Shown here: piece after piece, positions 29,042 through 41,405 of the stretch
How the letters are laid out: each line of letters opens with the position of its first letter
Numbering within the stretch: the stretch's first letter is position 1
DNA from: Gracilinanus agilis
Taxonomy: Eukaryota
Direction of reading: 5' to 3'
DNA length: 64,000 nt
Assembly: GCF_016433145.1 (NCBI RefSeq)
Contig: NC_058133.1
Coordinates: 190,905,882 to 190,969,881 of the forward strand
Notes under the pieces: generated by a model
Database searches by the model: none
Seen by the model: only the letters and a program-made list of their open reading frames with translations
What the model was told of the DNA's origin: nothing
Made by a program: the position numbers and the translations under genes

Positions 29042-31129
29042 CTGTTCTATCTTGAGAACTTTATGCAACTTGATTCTTATTATGCAGTATTTTAGCCATA
29101 CTTCCCAGTCTTGTGTTATCTGCAAATTTGATAAGTATGCTATTCTTGCCTTTGCCCAAGTCATTGATAAAAGTGTTATACAACAGGAGGTCCAGCATAA
29201 ATTTTTGGAGGACTCTGCTGGAGACTTTCCATCATGCTTACAACTGAACAACTACTCTTTGAGCTTAGTCAACTTTCAGCCAATCCTGAATCCATCTTAA
29301 TGTAGTGCTGACTAGTCTCCATCTTCTAGCTAGGTAGGTAGTTAGATGGCACAGTAAATAGAATGCTGGGCCTGGAGTCAGGAACACCTAAGTTTAAATC
29401 CAAGCCTATATGTATTGTATTTTATAGTGACCTCTACAAGGTTAGTAACACTGTCAAATAAATAAATAAAGGAAGGAAGAAGAAAGAAAGAAAGGAAGAA
29501 AGAAAGAAAATGACCATGTAATGACCTGTTCTCTATAGAACCATGCTGTTTCTTTGAAATCATTTCCCTTTCTAAATGTTTACTGACCATCTCTTTAGTA
29601 GCTTATTCTAGAGATTTTCTAGGAATAGAAATAAAACTTACTAGTACATATTCTGTAGACTGGTTTTTCTCCTTTATTGAAAATTGGGATAATTGATCTA
29701 TATTATCTTGTGTTATCTTTCCACATCTTCCAAATGCTATTGACAATTGTTCAGTAAACAAATCCACTAGCTCTTCAGCACCTCAGGATGAGGTTCATGT
29801 GGATCAGGTGACTTGAATTCATCAAGGGTAAATAAAGTACTCTCTTACTACCTTTTTACTTAGTTATTTTTATTTTATTTTCCCTCTTTTTTCTCTTCCA
29901 CTGCAAAGGTTATTCTCCTTGGCAGAGAAAACAATAGCAAAGTGACTCAAACAATTGTGCCTTCTCTCTTGTTAGTTATTGTTTTCCTTTTGTCTACTCT
30001 AGGAAAAAGTCTTATCCTTTCTTTGATCTTCCTACTCGATATAATTTTACAAAAATGCCTTCTCATTGTCCTTAATGGTCCTTGCCAGTTTCAGCTCAAT
30101 TCATTCTTTAACTGTCATGCCCCTCATTCAATATTCATTTTTACAGGATTATATCATGATTTTATATTCATATTTGTGTTTTCTTTGCCTTTATTTTTGG
30201 TCATCTGTTTCTTTAAAAATGTAAATTGGTTGGTGAACTCCCTATGCATTCACATCTATCTTTTCATAGAATAAACAACTCTGATTTTTTTCTTCTCACT
30301 GGAATTATTTCTCTTTTTAACTTCACAATTTAAATTTTGGATGCCTCTTATTTCGACTTTGATGACTTTCTTTGCAGCTGATAGCATATTTCCTTTGAAA
30401 TCTACTTTCCCAAAATCTACAGTACATTGTAGACAGGCCTCTAATTTTCTTTTTCTTTACCATAAACTCTGGATGGGAGTGATCACAAGTTATGGTCTCT
30501 TAATTGCCAAATATAATGACTTCTCAATCTTCATCCTTTTTTTTACCCCCCCCCCCCCTTAAACCTTTTACACTGTTGATCTTAATTGCTCCAGAAAGCC
30601 TGTTTCAGTCAACTTTGTGGCCATAGGAACAAATTGTTCTCATCTGCCTGTTCCACTGGGATTTGTCTTCACATGCCTGTGATACAGTCTTCTAGCTAAC
30701 TGATGATTTTAAGGCCTATCAGTGACTCTTAACCTAGTTTAGCCCTTCTATGAGATAGTTTTGCTGGAATGTGACTATTGCACCAGTTATAACTTCTTGA
30801 AGCCACAAGTGAGAGCTGGGTGAAACGTGGACAATAAAGGTAGATAAACAGTCCTAAAAGAGTCTAAGCAAACCTTCGTATTAATGGTGCTAGTCTTTCC
30901 CTGAACATTATTGACGGGTTTTTCTTGGAGTTTCCATTTTGGTAAGGGACTGGATGAGTCAGCTTCCATTTTTTATTTCTCCTCTTTCATCTATGTTTCT
31001 GATTTTCCATACTTTTAACACCATGCTCCCATTTGAGTCCTTTTGTCCTACTAGGTACACATAGTTTATAGTCTAATGACAAAATCACACTTGTTTCTTC
31101 TTCCATTTATCTTCACTCAACTGCCCTCC

Positions 31130-31790
31130 ATTATGCTTTTCTATACTCTTAAATTTCCTTACATGATCATGCCTTCTTCATTAGTTCCTTTGATAGTCTT
31201 GGTCTTTTGTTCTTCTAGATGAACTTTGTTATATTTTTTTATAATTCTATAAAAAAGTTTTTTGGTAAAAGGTGAAAGATTTACATGATCTAAAGAGAAA
31301 CTAGTATCTCAGTGGATTGAAAGCCGAGGTCCTAGGTTCAAATCTGGCCTCAGATACTTCCTAGTTGTGTGACCCTGGGCAAGTCACTTATCCTCCATTG
31401 CCTTTCTTCTGCTTACCCTTCTGCTTTAGAACCAATACACAGTATTGATTCTAAAATGGAAGTTAACAGTTTTTAAAAAGTTTCTTGGTAGTTTGATAGG
31501 TATGGCACTGAATAAGTAAATTAGTTTGGGTAGGATTGTCACCTTTATTAGCTTGTCCTACCCATGAATAATTAATGTTATTTTCCAATTGTTTAGATCT
31601 AGTTCTATTTATGTGGAGAGTGTTTTTTTTTATAATTATGTTCATATAACTCCTATGTTTGTCTGAAAAGATAGATTCCAAAATATTTTATATTGTCTGG
31701 AGTGGTTTTAAATGGAGTTTCTCTTTCTAACTCTTGCTGCCAATTTTTGTTGGAAATACATAGAAATGCTGTTTCTTATATAATCAAACT
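31130..31790 (-). mobile_element. Old L1 ORF2 remnant with a plus-strand SINE inserted at ~31301-31477
   Basis: ggtagtttgataggtatggcactgaataagtaaattagtttgggtaggattgtc is a typical antisense L1 ORF2 segment. Confidence 0.7.
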
Positions 31791-33018
31791 TGTCTACTTT
31801 CTTTTAAATTATGGTCTTGTTTGATCAAAACCTCTTCTTCTAGCCATATTTGTTATCTATTTTCCTGCACTTCTAATTTGTTCATGGAATGACCTAGTTT
31901 ATACATACACAGATATATATGTATCTATATACATCGATACATAGGTAAACACACAAATATGTTCTATTTCCATTTACCACCTATTGTGGTATATGGTGTG
32001 AATTGCTAGTCTAAAGTTTTTCAGTTTCTGTCAAACTGCTTTCCACTTTTCTCAGAAGTTTTTTTAAGTCATTATGCTAGTAGTTGGAATTCTTGGACTT
32101 ATTGAACAATAAGCTACTATGTTCTTTGCTTTGGGGTCTTGTGTACCTAACTTCTGTGACCTTTCTATTTTTTTTTTAAACTAGTATCAATTAGTTGCAA
32201 TGATTATTGCTTTGTAATACAAAAAGTATAGTGAACATTTGCACAGAACTTTCAGGTTTACAAAATGCTTTAGAAATATTTAATTTTACAATATGGAAAT
32301 GTGTTTTGTGTGGTAATCCATGTGTAACACAGATTGAATTGCTTGTCCTCCCAACTTTAGAGACCAGAAGTTCTTTTTTCCCTTTATGTAGTTTCCCTTA
32401 GGTGTAACTCTCTGCTGGGCTCTATGAATAAGTGTCCAGAGCCAGAATTTCTCTTCAATACTAGAGGTTGCATTCCCCAAAGTTGAAGTCATCTTTGGGG
32501 TACTATCCTTCCATCTTCACTCTAATATAGGCACTTCTTCCATTGTAATCCAAACCTTTCTGGCAGACTGTGCTACCAGTGGTTGTCAGCCAACACAAAT
32601 TTCCCTATTTCCCATTTTTGAAAGAAGACATATCACATATATAAGAAAAAACTCATAGAAAACAAGGGAAGAAATGGCATGGTTCAATGTATTCATACTC
32701 AAGACCTTTTGAAGCTGTCTTGGGTCCTTGCATTGCTAATAATAGTTTAGTCCTTTCATAGTTGACAATTGTGTAATATTTCTGTTACTGTATATACAAT
32801 GTTCTCCTGATTCTGCTCACTTCACTTTGCATCAGTTCACACAAATCTTTCTAAGTTTTTCTGAAATCATCCCATTTGTCAATTTTTATTTCCCTTCTGA
32901 AGGGCACCTAATTTTCACTAATTTTCTATAGGAAGTTGCCAATCTATGATTACTGATACTAATTAATGTATGCTGGGGGGTAATGAATAATTTCATCCCA
33001 CACAAGACCATCCTATTA

Positions 33019-33678
33019 TGGGGAGTATAATTTTGGGTGTGCTCGCACCCTCAGAAATCACTCTAATGAGTAGACAAGAGACTTGATAAGATGCTGGCAG
33101 AGAAAAAAGTGACTTTATTCGGAGAAAACAGCAGACAGTGGGGGAAAAGGGGGAAGGGAGAGGGAAAGGGAAGGAAAAGGGATTTTGCCCACACAAACTG
33201 CTTGCTCGGGACAAAAATGTCCTCTCTCCTAGGTACAATCACAGACTTTTACAATAATCCTGATGCAAGATTCTCCTCCTCTCCTCTATCCAATCTGACA
33301 GAAGGTAGGGGGAGAGAGTTGTGATATTTCAAGTCTAGAGTGCATGATTTTCAACATTAGGTACCCCTAAGAGCCCTGTGATAAAAAAAAAAAAACCATG
33401 ACTATCATGGAGTTTTCATCTTGGGACAGTAAAGATACAATTGAAACAGCCTGTTCCTTCTTATCTTGACTCTTTTCCTAGAGTTGGCAAATTTCCCAAG
33501 CTATAGATAAATTCTTCTCAAAGTTATTTTGAAATTGTTCAAGCAAACTAAAAGTTGTATGGGATTAGGATGGGGGCATAGCGCTAGTCTAAGGAATTAG
33601 TAATACTAAAGAGTCTTGTAAATTGGGGTTACAAGCCAAAAACTATTTTGAGAATTACACACTGAATCTCATCCCACA
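33019..33678 (-). mobile_element. LTR-like element, left arm of the inverted pair
   Basis: Minus strand runs TGTGGGATGAG...TACTCCCCA (TG...CA), with AATAAA ~95 nt from its 3' end. Confidence 0.6.
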
Positions 33679-33711
33679 CTAAGGGATTACTTTTTCCTTA
33701 GCTAGGAATAG

Positions 33712-34288
33712 GTACTACTATTCCTTAGACTAGAGCTGTCCCCCATTCCCCAATAAAATTTTAGTTTTCCTGACCTATTTAAAAAAAAAGCCTTGAGAAG
33801 AGTTTATCTGTAGTCTGGGAAACTTGCCAACTCTAGGAAGAGGGTTAAGATGAGAAGGAACAGGCTATTTCAATTGTATCTTCACTGTTCCAAGTTGAAA
33901 ATTCCATGATAGTCATGTTTTTTTTTATCATGGGGGTCTTTAGGGGTACCTAATGTTGAAAATCACCTGCTCAAGACTTGAAACATCACAACACTCTCCC
34001 CCCACCTTCTGTTGGATTGGACAGAGGGGAGGAGGAGAATCTTGCATCAGGATTATAATAAAAGTCTGAGATGTACCTAGAAGGAGAGAGGGCATTTGTA
34101 CCCTGAGCAAACAGCTTGTGTGGGCAAAACCCCCTTTCCTTCCCTTTCCCTCTCCCTTTCCCCTCTTCCCTGCTGTCCTCTGTTTTCTCTAAATAAAGTC
34201 GCCTTTTCTCTGCCAGCATCTTAGCAAGACTCCTGTCTTCTCAGAGTGATTTCTGGGGGTGTGAGCCCCCCAAATTCCACTCCACACA
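33712..34288 (+). mobile_element. LTR-like element, right arm of the inverted pair
   Basis: Reverse-complement homologue of 33019-33606; TATAATAAAA-like box at ~34054, AATAAA at 34192, ends ...CTCCACA(CA). Confidence 0.6.
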
Positions 34289-34289
34289 C

Positions 34290-35236
34290 TATGATGTCTT
34301 TTTCTCTCTATCTCCTCATCTCATGCCCTTTACATGTAGTTCCTCATTATCTCTTTTATTCTTTGTAAGAGACTTCTTGTGAAGAACAAGCAGGGTTTAT
34401 GTACTCTAAATGTACCTATATTCATGTTCTCCTCTCCAGATTTCTCCACTGTCGTCTCTACATTCTCCTTAAACATCACTGTCTCCTTATCTAATGTCTT
34501 TTTTCTTGATGCCTACAAATACATCCATTAAAAAAACCCAAACTCCCTCATATGATCTTATCATCTCTGTTAGCTATTGTCCTAGAACTCTCCTTCTCTT
34601 TTGGACTAAATGTTTTTAATAAAGCTAGCTATAGAAGGTGCCTTGGATTCCTCTCCTCTCATTCTCATTTAAACCCTCAGAAATCTGGCTTCCTATATCA
34701 TCCAACTGACAGTGCACTTGCCCAAGGTTCCAATCTCCCTTAACTGCCATATCTAACAGCCTTTTCTCAAATCTCAGCCTTCTAGACCTCTGAGTCACAG
34801 CATTTGACGCTGCTGATCATTTTTTCTCCTCCTGAATACTCTTTCTTCTCTCGGTTTTGGGGATGCCACTATTTTTTGGTTCTCCCACTTGTCTGATTGC
34901 TTCCTCTACTTTCCTGGATCTTCATATAGGTCATACTCATTAACTCTGGGAGTGCCTGAAGGCTTTCTCTGTTCTGGGCTCTTTCTTTTTTTTCTCAGTA
35001 TATTATTTCATTTAGTGATCTCATCAGCACCTGCAGGTTCACTTATAATATCGAGAAGTGGTCCTTGGATCTCTATATTCATTCCTAGCCTTTATCCTGA
35101 GCTCTTGTCCTACAGCATCAACTGCCTTTTAACTAGTTCAAATTGGACAGGCACCTCAAATTCAACTTGCCTGAAACAGAACTTGTATTTCTCCCCAAGA
35201 CTTATCCCTTTCCAACATCTCTATTAGTGTTGAGGC
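34290..35236 (+). mobile_element. L2 LINE fragment, resuming at 36349-36560 after an LTR-like insertion
   Basis: cagcatttgacgctgctgatca, ctcttgtcctacagcatcaactgcc, ggcacctcaaattcaac are L2 RT/3' segments. Confidence 0.7.
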
Positions 35237-36348
35237 TGTGTGGGATAAAATCTAGCACAAATACCCCACTTACTAAACTAAACAAACCGGAGTCAGAAGG
35301 ATAATAGTAAAGAGGCAGTTGTTTATTCTTTTTGTGTGGGATGGGAGGTCATGAACGATGGACCCCCTTTCAACGATAACACAATTCTGCAGTCAGGAAA
35401 CCAAAGTGCAAGTCAGACTTTATTGGTACCTTTGGCAAAAGGGGGACACCTCTGGTTTTGGGGATGCAGAGATGCCAATGCATAGAATTCAAAGAAGCAA
35501 TTTATAGGATTTTATAGGATTTTCTAATCACAAAAAACCTTCTCCCATTCCCCTCCCTTCCCTCTGTCAGATCCTCATTATTGGACTCGTGACCAGTTTT
35601 GGGATAGTGAGATGTGTTCAGAGAAGAGACCTACATGTTATTCTCTAAAGATAAGAAAGCTACTGAGTCCTTGCATGGAGACCTCCTTGTTCTTATTGGA
35701 TCTATCCCTTCCTGGAGCTTGCCCCTGGACTAGATAAGCCATCCAAGACCTTGAAATGTAGGAGCAAAGGGGGGGGGGAGGGGACAATTTTATTCTAAAG
35801 GGAAGTCTAATTCTATCCAAAGTACTGAAACTACTGGGGTGCAAGTCAGAAGCCTAAAGATGCTTTATTTGGGAAAGACACACTAGCACCTCACTCACTT
35901 TCATGAAAGGAGACACTCCAGCTTTGGCCTTGAAGTGCAAATTGATTAGGCACGGACAGGCAATATGTAGAGTCCCTAATGGCAAGACCCTTCCACCTCT
36001 CCCCATTTGGGGCTGTGACTTACAATCTAAAACTTGTGGTTCAAAGTACAGTGGTGGTGAAGTACACAAAGTACACAAAGGAAGGACTACATTTAACATT
36101 CCTTTAACATCCTTAAGAGATAAAGAAGTAACTGTGTTGTTTATTGCCCTTGAATTGGGGTCTCTGTGTTATTGGTTCTTTTTCCCAGACCTGTTCTGGA
36201 GCCTTTTTGATAGCCAACAAAGGCAACAAATTAGCCTTCTACATCCCTTTCCCAAGTCGTGGTATTAACTGGGTGTTTTTGCCTTGAGAATTTGGGGTTG
36301 GAGGTGTAAGCTGAATGCTCATTCTGAGAATAACACACTTATCTCACT
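35237..36348. mobile_element. LTR-like insertion (1.1 kb) inside L2
   Basis: Termini tgtgtgggataa / ttatctcact; flanking direct repeat tgaggc (35231-35236) / tgaggt (36349-36354); several minus-strand AATAAA. Confidence 0.55.
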
Positions 36349-36567
36349 TGAGGTCAGTACCATACTCCCAAGTCACCTCCACTTGAAATCTTGGCATCCT
36401 TTGACTTCATTTGCTCTCATCCCACAAAACCATACCCTGGCCAAATCTTGTTTCTACCTTCACAAGATCATTCCTAAATTTCTCCTTCGCTAACCTTCCT
36501 GCCACCTTAGTTGGGGCCCTTCATCACCTCCTTCCTGCATTATTGTAATAGTCTGGTTGTTTCACCA

Positions 36568-37090
36568 GGGGCAGCTACTTGGTACAGTAGATAGAGCATT
36601 GGTCCTGGAGTCACAAAGACCTGAATTCAAATTCATACTCAGATACTTACAAGCTGTGTAGTCAAGGGCAAGTTACCTAGCTTCTCAGACTCAGTTTTCT
36701 CAATTATAAAATAATAACACCTACTTCCCAGGGTTGTTGTGAGGATCAAATGAGATAATATTTGTAAAGTGCCTAAGGGCACAGTACCTGGCACAGAGTA
36801 AGAACTGTATAAGTGCTAGCCTCAGCTTTCTCAACTGTAAAATGGGAATGAAATAATAACACCTACCTCCCAGGTTGTTGTGAGGATCAAATGAGATAAT
36901 ATTTGTAAAGTGCCTAAGGGCACAGTTCTTGGCACAAAGTAAGACTTATATAAGTGCTAGCCTCAGCTTTCTCAACTGTAAAATGGGGATAAAATAACAC
37001 CTACCTCAGAACTGTTGTGAGGATTCAATGAGATATTTGTAAAAGTGATTAGTCCAGTGCCTAGTACCTAGAGTACTTAAAAATGCCTTT
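36568..37090 (+). mobile_element. CORE-SINE (MIR/MAR1-like) with an internal ~141-bp tandem triplication
   Basis: Units begin at 36690, 36821 and 36962. Confidence 0.85.
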
Positions 37091-40000
37091 TGCCCTCCTC
37101 TTCTCTTCCTTGCTTCTAGTCTCTTCCCATACCAGCCTATTCTCTACTCTGCTGCCAAAGTGATTTTCTGGAAATCTAGATTTTAGCAGCACCTCTATTT
37201 GTCATTTAAAGTGGTTCACACAATTTTGCTGCTTCTTTCCAGGCTTAAATCATCAGATTGCTTTTATGCATTCTATGATCCAACTCTTCTGGTTTATATA
37301 TAAAACACTCCACTAATCATCTCTGTGTCTTGGCATTAGCTATGCCCCGTGCCTGTAATGTCCTTCTTCCTTATTTCTGCCTTTTAGTTTCCTGGCTTCC
37401 TTTAAGACTCTCCTTAAAAGCCACCTTTTGCCAGAACCTCCTAGCCAGTGCCCCTTCTGTGCTTTCCTTTTTAAAATAATTTTCGATTTACTCTGCATGT
37501 ACATTGTTTGGACCTAGTTATTTACATGCTGTCCACTTTGGCCTTCTTATGTCATTAGTGTTTAGCAGAATGCCCAACACACAATAAGCTGCTTAAAAAT
37601 GTGTATTGACTGACTGCCCCATTGCATTTTATTCATTCCTCTTTAATGGCATTTATTGAGTTTTTTTCCATGACATGGTAAAAAATGTGTGGTTCCATGG
37701 GTGCTGCCTCCACGAAAACCCTTTATGCTTTTAATAGACAGTTTTTATGAGTTTCTATGCCTGAAGAAGCTAATTACCCACAGGCCAATTCACTGGTGAT
37801 AAGGCACTCTGAGCTTAGCTAGGCGGGCTCTTGGATGCCAGATTCAGTATCTATTGCTTCATCTATACTTGGTGCCTTTCAAGCTTGGTGGATTCTGTAA
37901 GAGTTTGCGCTCTGCAGGCATAGCTTTTGAGAACCAAGTGTCACCTCCAGGCCACAGTGAAGCATGGAAGGTGAACTTCAAGAGGAACATTACCCCCCTC
38001 CTTTTTTTTGTATGTATCTGATCATCCCCTTCTAGACTGTAAGTTCCATGAGGGCAGAGACCATTTCTTATTCTTCTTTGTGTAACTCATGACCCAGGGC
38101 CCCAAGCCCCGAGTTTATATAGTTTGGGGTCATAATTGCAGTGGCAGAAAAAGGGGGGACACTGCATAAACACCTCTGGAATAGGGGAAGAGAGTTCACT
38201 GGGTGATGGTTTACGAGATGTTGTGAGTCCCTGATATGTTCTTTGTCAGTGACACTAATCTTGTTTCTGTACTCTATATGAATTGTTATTTCTGATGATT
38301 GCAAAGTAGTTGCAGATCCTTTTACCCAATAACTGAAGACTCAGATCTAGACACAAATACGCCCGAACTGCATTATGAAGATAGGTATGCAGAGAACATG
38401 GCCTGGACACTCTAATATATTATACAGGGGGAGCATTTCAAGCAAGACTGTGGGCAGAGCAAAATGAACCAAGATGGGATTTTTTTTTTGGGGGTCAGGG
38501 AGAAGGAAGGGTGCACAAAGCTTAGTCTAGTGCTTTTCACAGTTCACTCAATGTTGCTGAATTGAAATGAACTGATTCTTTGTTTCTGCCATTGGGTGGT
38601 TAAATGCTTATACTTTGATCCCCAGGATGGGTTGAAATTCTGAGCTTGGTTACATTGTGATCTCCAAGACAGGTTTAAGTTTTGAACTTGGTTATAGAGT
38701 GATGCCAGGACTAGTTTAAGCCCTAAACTATGTAAACATTTTTCTTGTGTAAAACAAAGGTATTATCAGGCCTTTTCAGGCCACGTAACAGTAACTGTGC
38801 TTTCTGTCTTTGGTGCCTGGGCAGGCATGTACGTAAGAGAGAAGAGGAATCCTTTAAAATCTTGGTTGAAATATCACATAGCCAACACTAGGGGCCACTA
38901 GAAGAGACAACATTCCTTGCTTTTTATAACTCCCTGGGCCAGTGTATCTTGTCATTAATTTTAATTTCCCAGTGCAGAAGCTTCCAAGGGGCCCAAAATA
39001 GCTAAACCAGGATCTTCTTGGAAGGCAAGGTCTGTCTGGTGACAATGAATGTATCAGCGTATTATCTTACCTTACTTAACAAGTGCCTGCCTGTTGGAGG
39101 TCTGACAAGCATATGAACTGTCAGGGATACCGAGGCTGGCTCATTATCACCTCAATATCAGACCGTGGAAAATAAAATGGGGCCTAACTTTCACCTTGAG
39201 CCTTCTCCAGGGAGGCTGGCTGGCACCGTGGCAGGACCCTTGGAATTGGAATCAAGAATCAGAGAAACTGGCTTTGAATTCTGGCTCTGAATAACTGAAA
39301 TTTTGGCTCCCAGTTGGCCACCAATGAACAGTTGGGAGAGGAGTGTGCGATTCCTTACTACGTGATCTTGGTTCAGATGCTTAACCTTTTCAAGCCACAG
39401 TTTCCTCATCTGTAAAATGAGGGATTAGGGCTAGATCATCTCTAAAGACCCTTCCATCTCTACATCTATGAACTTCAAGGGGCTTCTCTGCCTCTCTAAA
39501 AAGGAATTAATTTCTGTCAATATTCAATAAACATTTATCAAGTGCCTAATATCTTCATAGCACTGTGCTGGGGAATAGAAAGATGAAAAAAATTGGTACA
39601 CTTCAGGCCTTCAAAAAGCTTGGGAATGGGCAGTACAATTTGTATACAGGCAACTGTGATAGAAGGGAGAATATCATAAGGGCAAAGGAGAGATACCTCA
39701 ATGAACAACTCAGTAACACTTTGGGAGGGAGAGATCATTTTCAGCTAAGGACTTAAGGGAAAAAAGCAAGTAAAGAAATGTAATAGGGGAGGAGGGAGGG
39801 TGTGTGTCTTTGTTCCTTGATTTAGATCAGGCTGGCTTACCTATAGCAAAGGCTGATACTGGCTGCTTGGGAGCAGGCTGTTTTTTTCATTGCTAGACTT
39901 TGATGAGGGATCAAAGCCTCAAATTGGAAAAATGAATTAATGCCCTGTCTTGAGAAACAGAGTATACTAAATTTTACAGTTAGAAAAGAATCTACTGTAC

Positions 40001-41235
40001 TTTGCCATAGCAGTTCCCAAAGTCTGTTTTCAGGGATGACACCTTACATACTTTCCTTCATTGAGAAGGCTTCTTAACCCTGACTTTTCTCCACTAACGA
40101 AGGCAGTTGAAGTCTAAAAAGTTGTCATGAATAATATCTGATGTTGGAAAACTGAAAAGAAAACACACCTTCCTTCTCTCCAGAAAGAAGGGAGGGCTAT
40201 GAGTATGGAATGTGGTACATGCGGTTAGATATTGCTATGTGGGGTAGCTTTGTGTGAATTTTTTTCTTTGTTAAAAAGAAGGGTTCATTGTTGGGGTGGT
40301 TTAAGGGGAAAATACTAGTGTAAATGTGAAGGGAGGCAATAAATTTTTTCAAAGTTCAATGCTAAGCACAGTTCTTTGGCTTCTGAAGTGTCTTCCCATT
40401 TCCCATTCTCCCTCGGTTTCTTTTTTTTTTAATTATTAATAACTTTTAGTTTTATAATCACCTAAATTACCTCTTATATGTTCATCTCACCCTCTATAGA
40501 GAGCCATCCTTTATTAACAAGTCTTTGTTTCTCCTCTCATCCCTCTTAATCTCTACTCAAGGCATTGCCGGCTTTAAGCAATGCTTGGAAATCTCAAGTT
40601 GAAACCTGGTGTGACTTCTTGGGGGAGGGGGGTGCCATGCAGGCAAGAATGTCTCACCTAGGCCCATAGCATTTTACGATGAGTCTCTCTTCATTTCACA
40701 GGGGGTGTGTCCATTTCTCACTGATGCTCATCAGTTTGCCTGTTATGCACAGGCACCACATACACACATACACACATGAATTTGCCAGGTGAAAATAACC
40801 TTGTGAAGAAGATGACTGTCTTCCCTGGGAGCAACCAAGTGAAAAGTTCTATTGTCTGGTTCTGTCAGTAGTCTTTCATGGACCAGATGGGTCAGACCAC
40901 TCAACTTTTTGGCTTCTTGGCTACTCTCTGATGGACCAACAGCCCAGAATAACTGGGTTATTATTTTGACTCCTACTTGCTCACCAATGAGAAGGTGGGA
41001 GAGGAGTGTGCCACTGCTGGCTTCACAGACCTCTGACCAACACATGGTTAATGATGGCTGAGGTTTACCTGGTGATGATGATAGGCCTCTTACAAGATGT
41101 ATTTTTATTTCCTGGACAAATAACAGTTGGCGTGAGTCCTAATTTAGCAGCAAACAAAGTGTGGCCCCCCTGTGCCTTCCACATTTTTTTTTTTTTACGA
41201 GTTTAGCTACACTAACCTGGAAAATAAACAGCCAG

Positions 41236-41328
41236 CTAATAAGCCCTTCCTCTGGAAATGGGCATAAATAATAACAAAGAAAACATCCTGTGCTTTATGC
41301 CAACACCCTTTGGGGAGGGAATATAAAA
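41236..41328 (+). promoter_or_regulatory. KRTAP17-1 proximal promoter: CTAAT (41236), 22-mer (41266-41287), TATAAAA (41322-41328)
   Basis: TATA 84 nt before ATG; same module and spacing as KRTAP16-1 and KRTAP29-1. Confidence 0.8.
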
Positions 41329-41405
41329 GCCACAGGCAGGAAGGACCTCATCAGTCTTGGGGAACTCTGGCTTCGTTGCCAACTGAGACCTGACCAGCTG
41401 GGACC

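Noticed and set aside
33091-34219. Pair of similar 77-aa ORFs (MLAEK...) on opposite strands
   Set aside because: They only reflect the inverted repeat; they differ by frameshifts internally and resemble no known protein.
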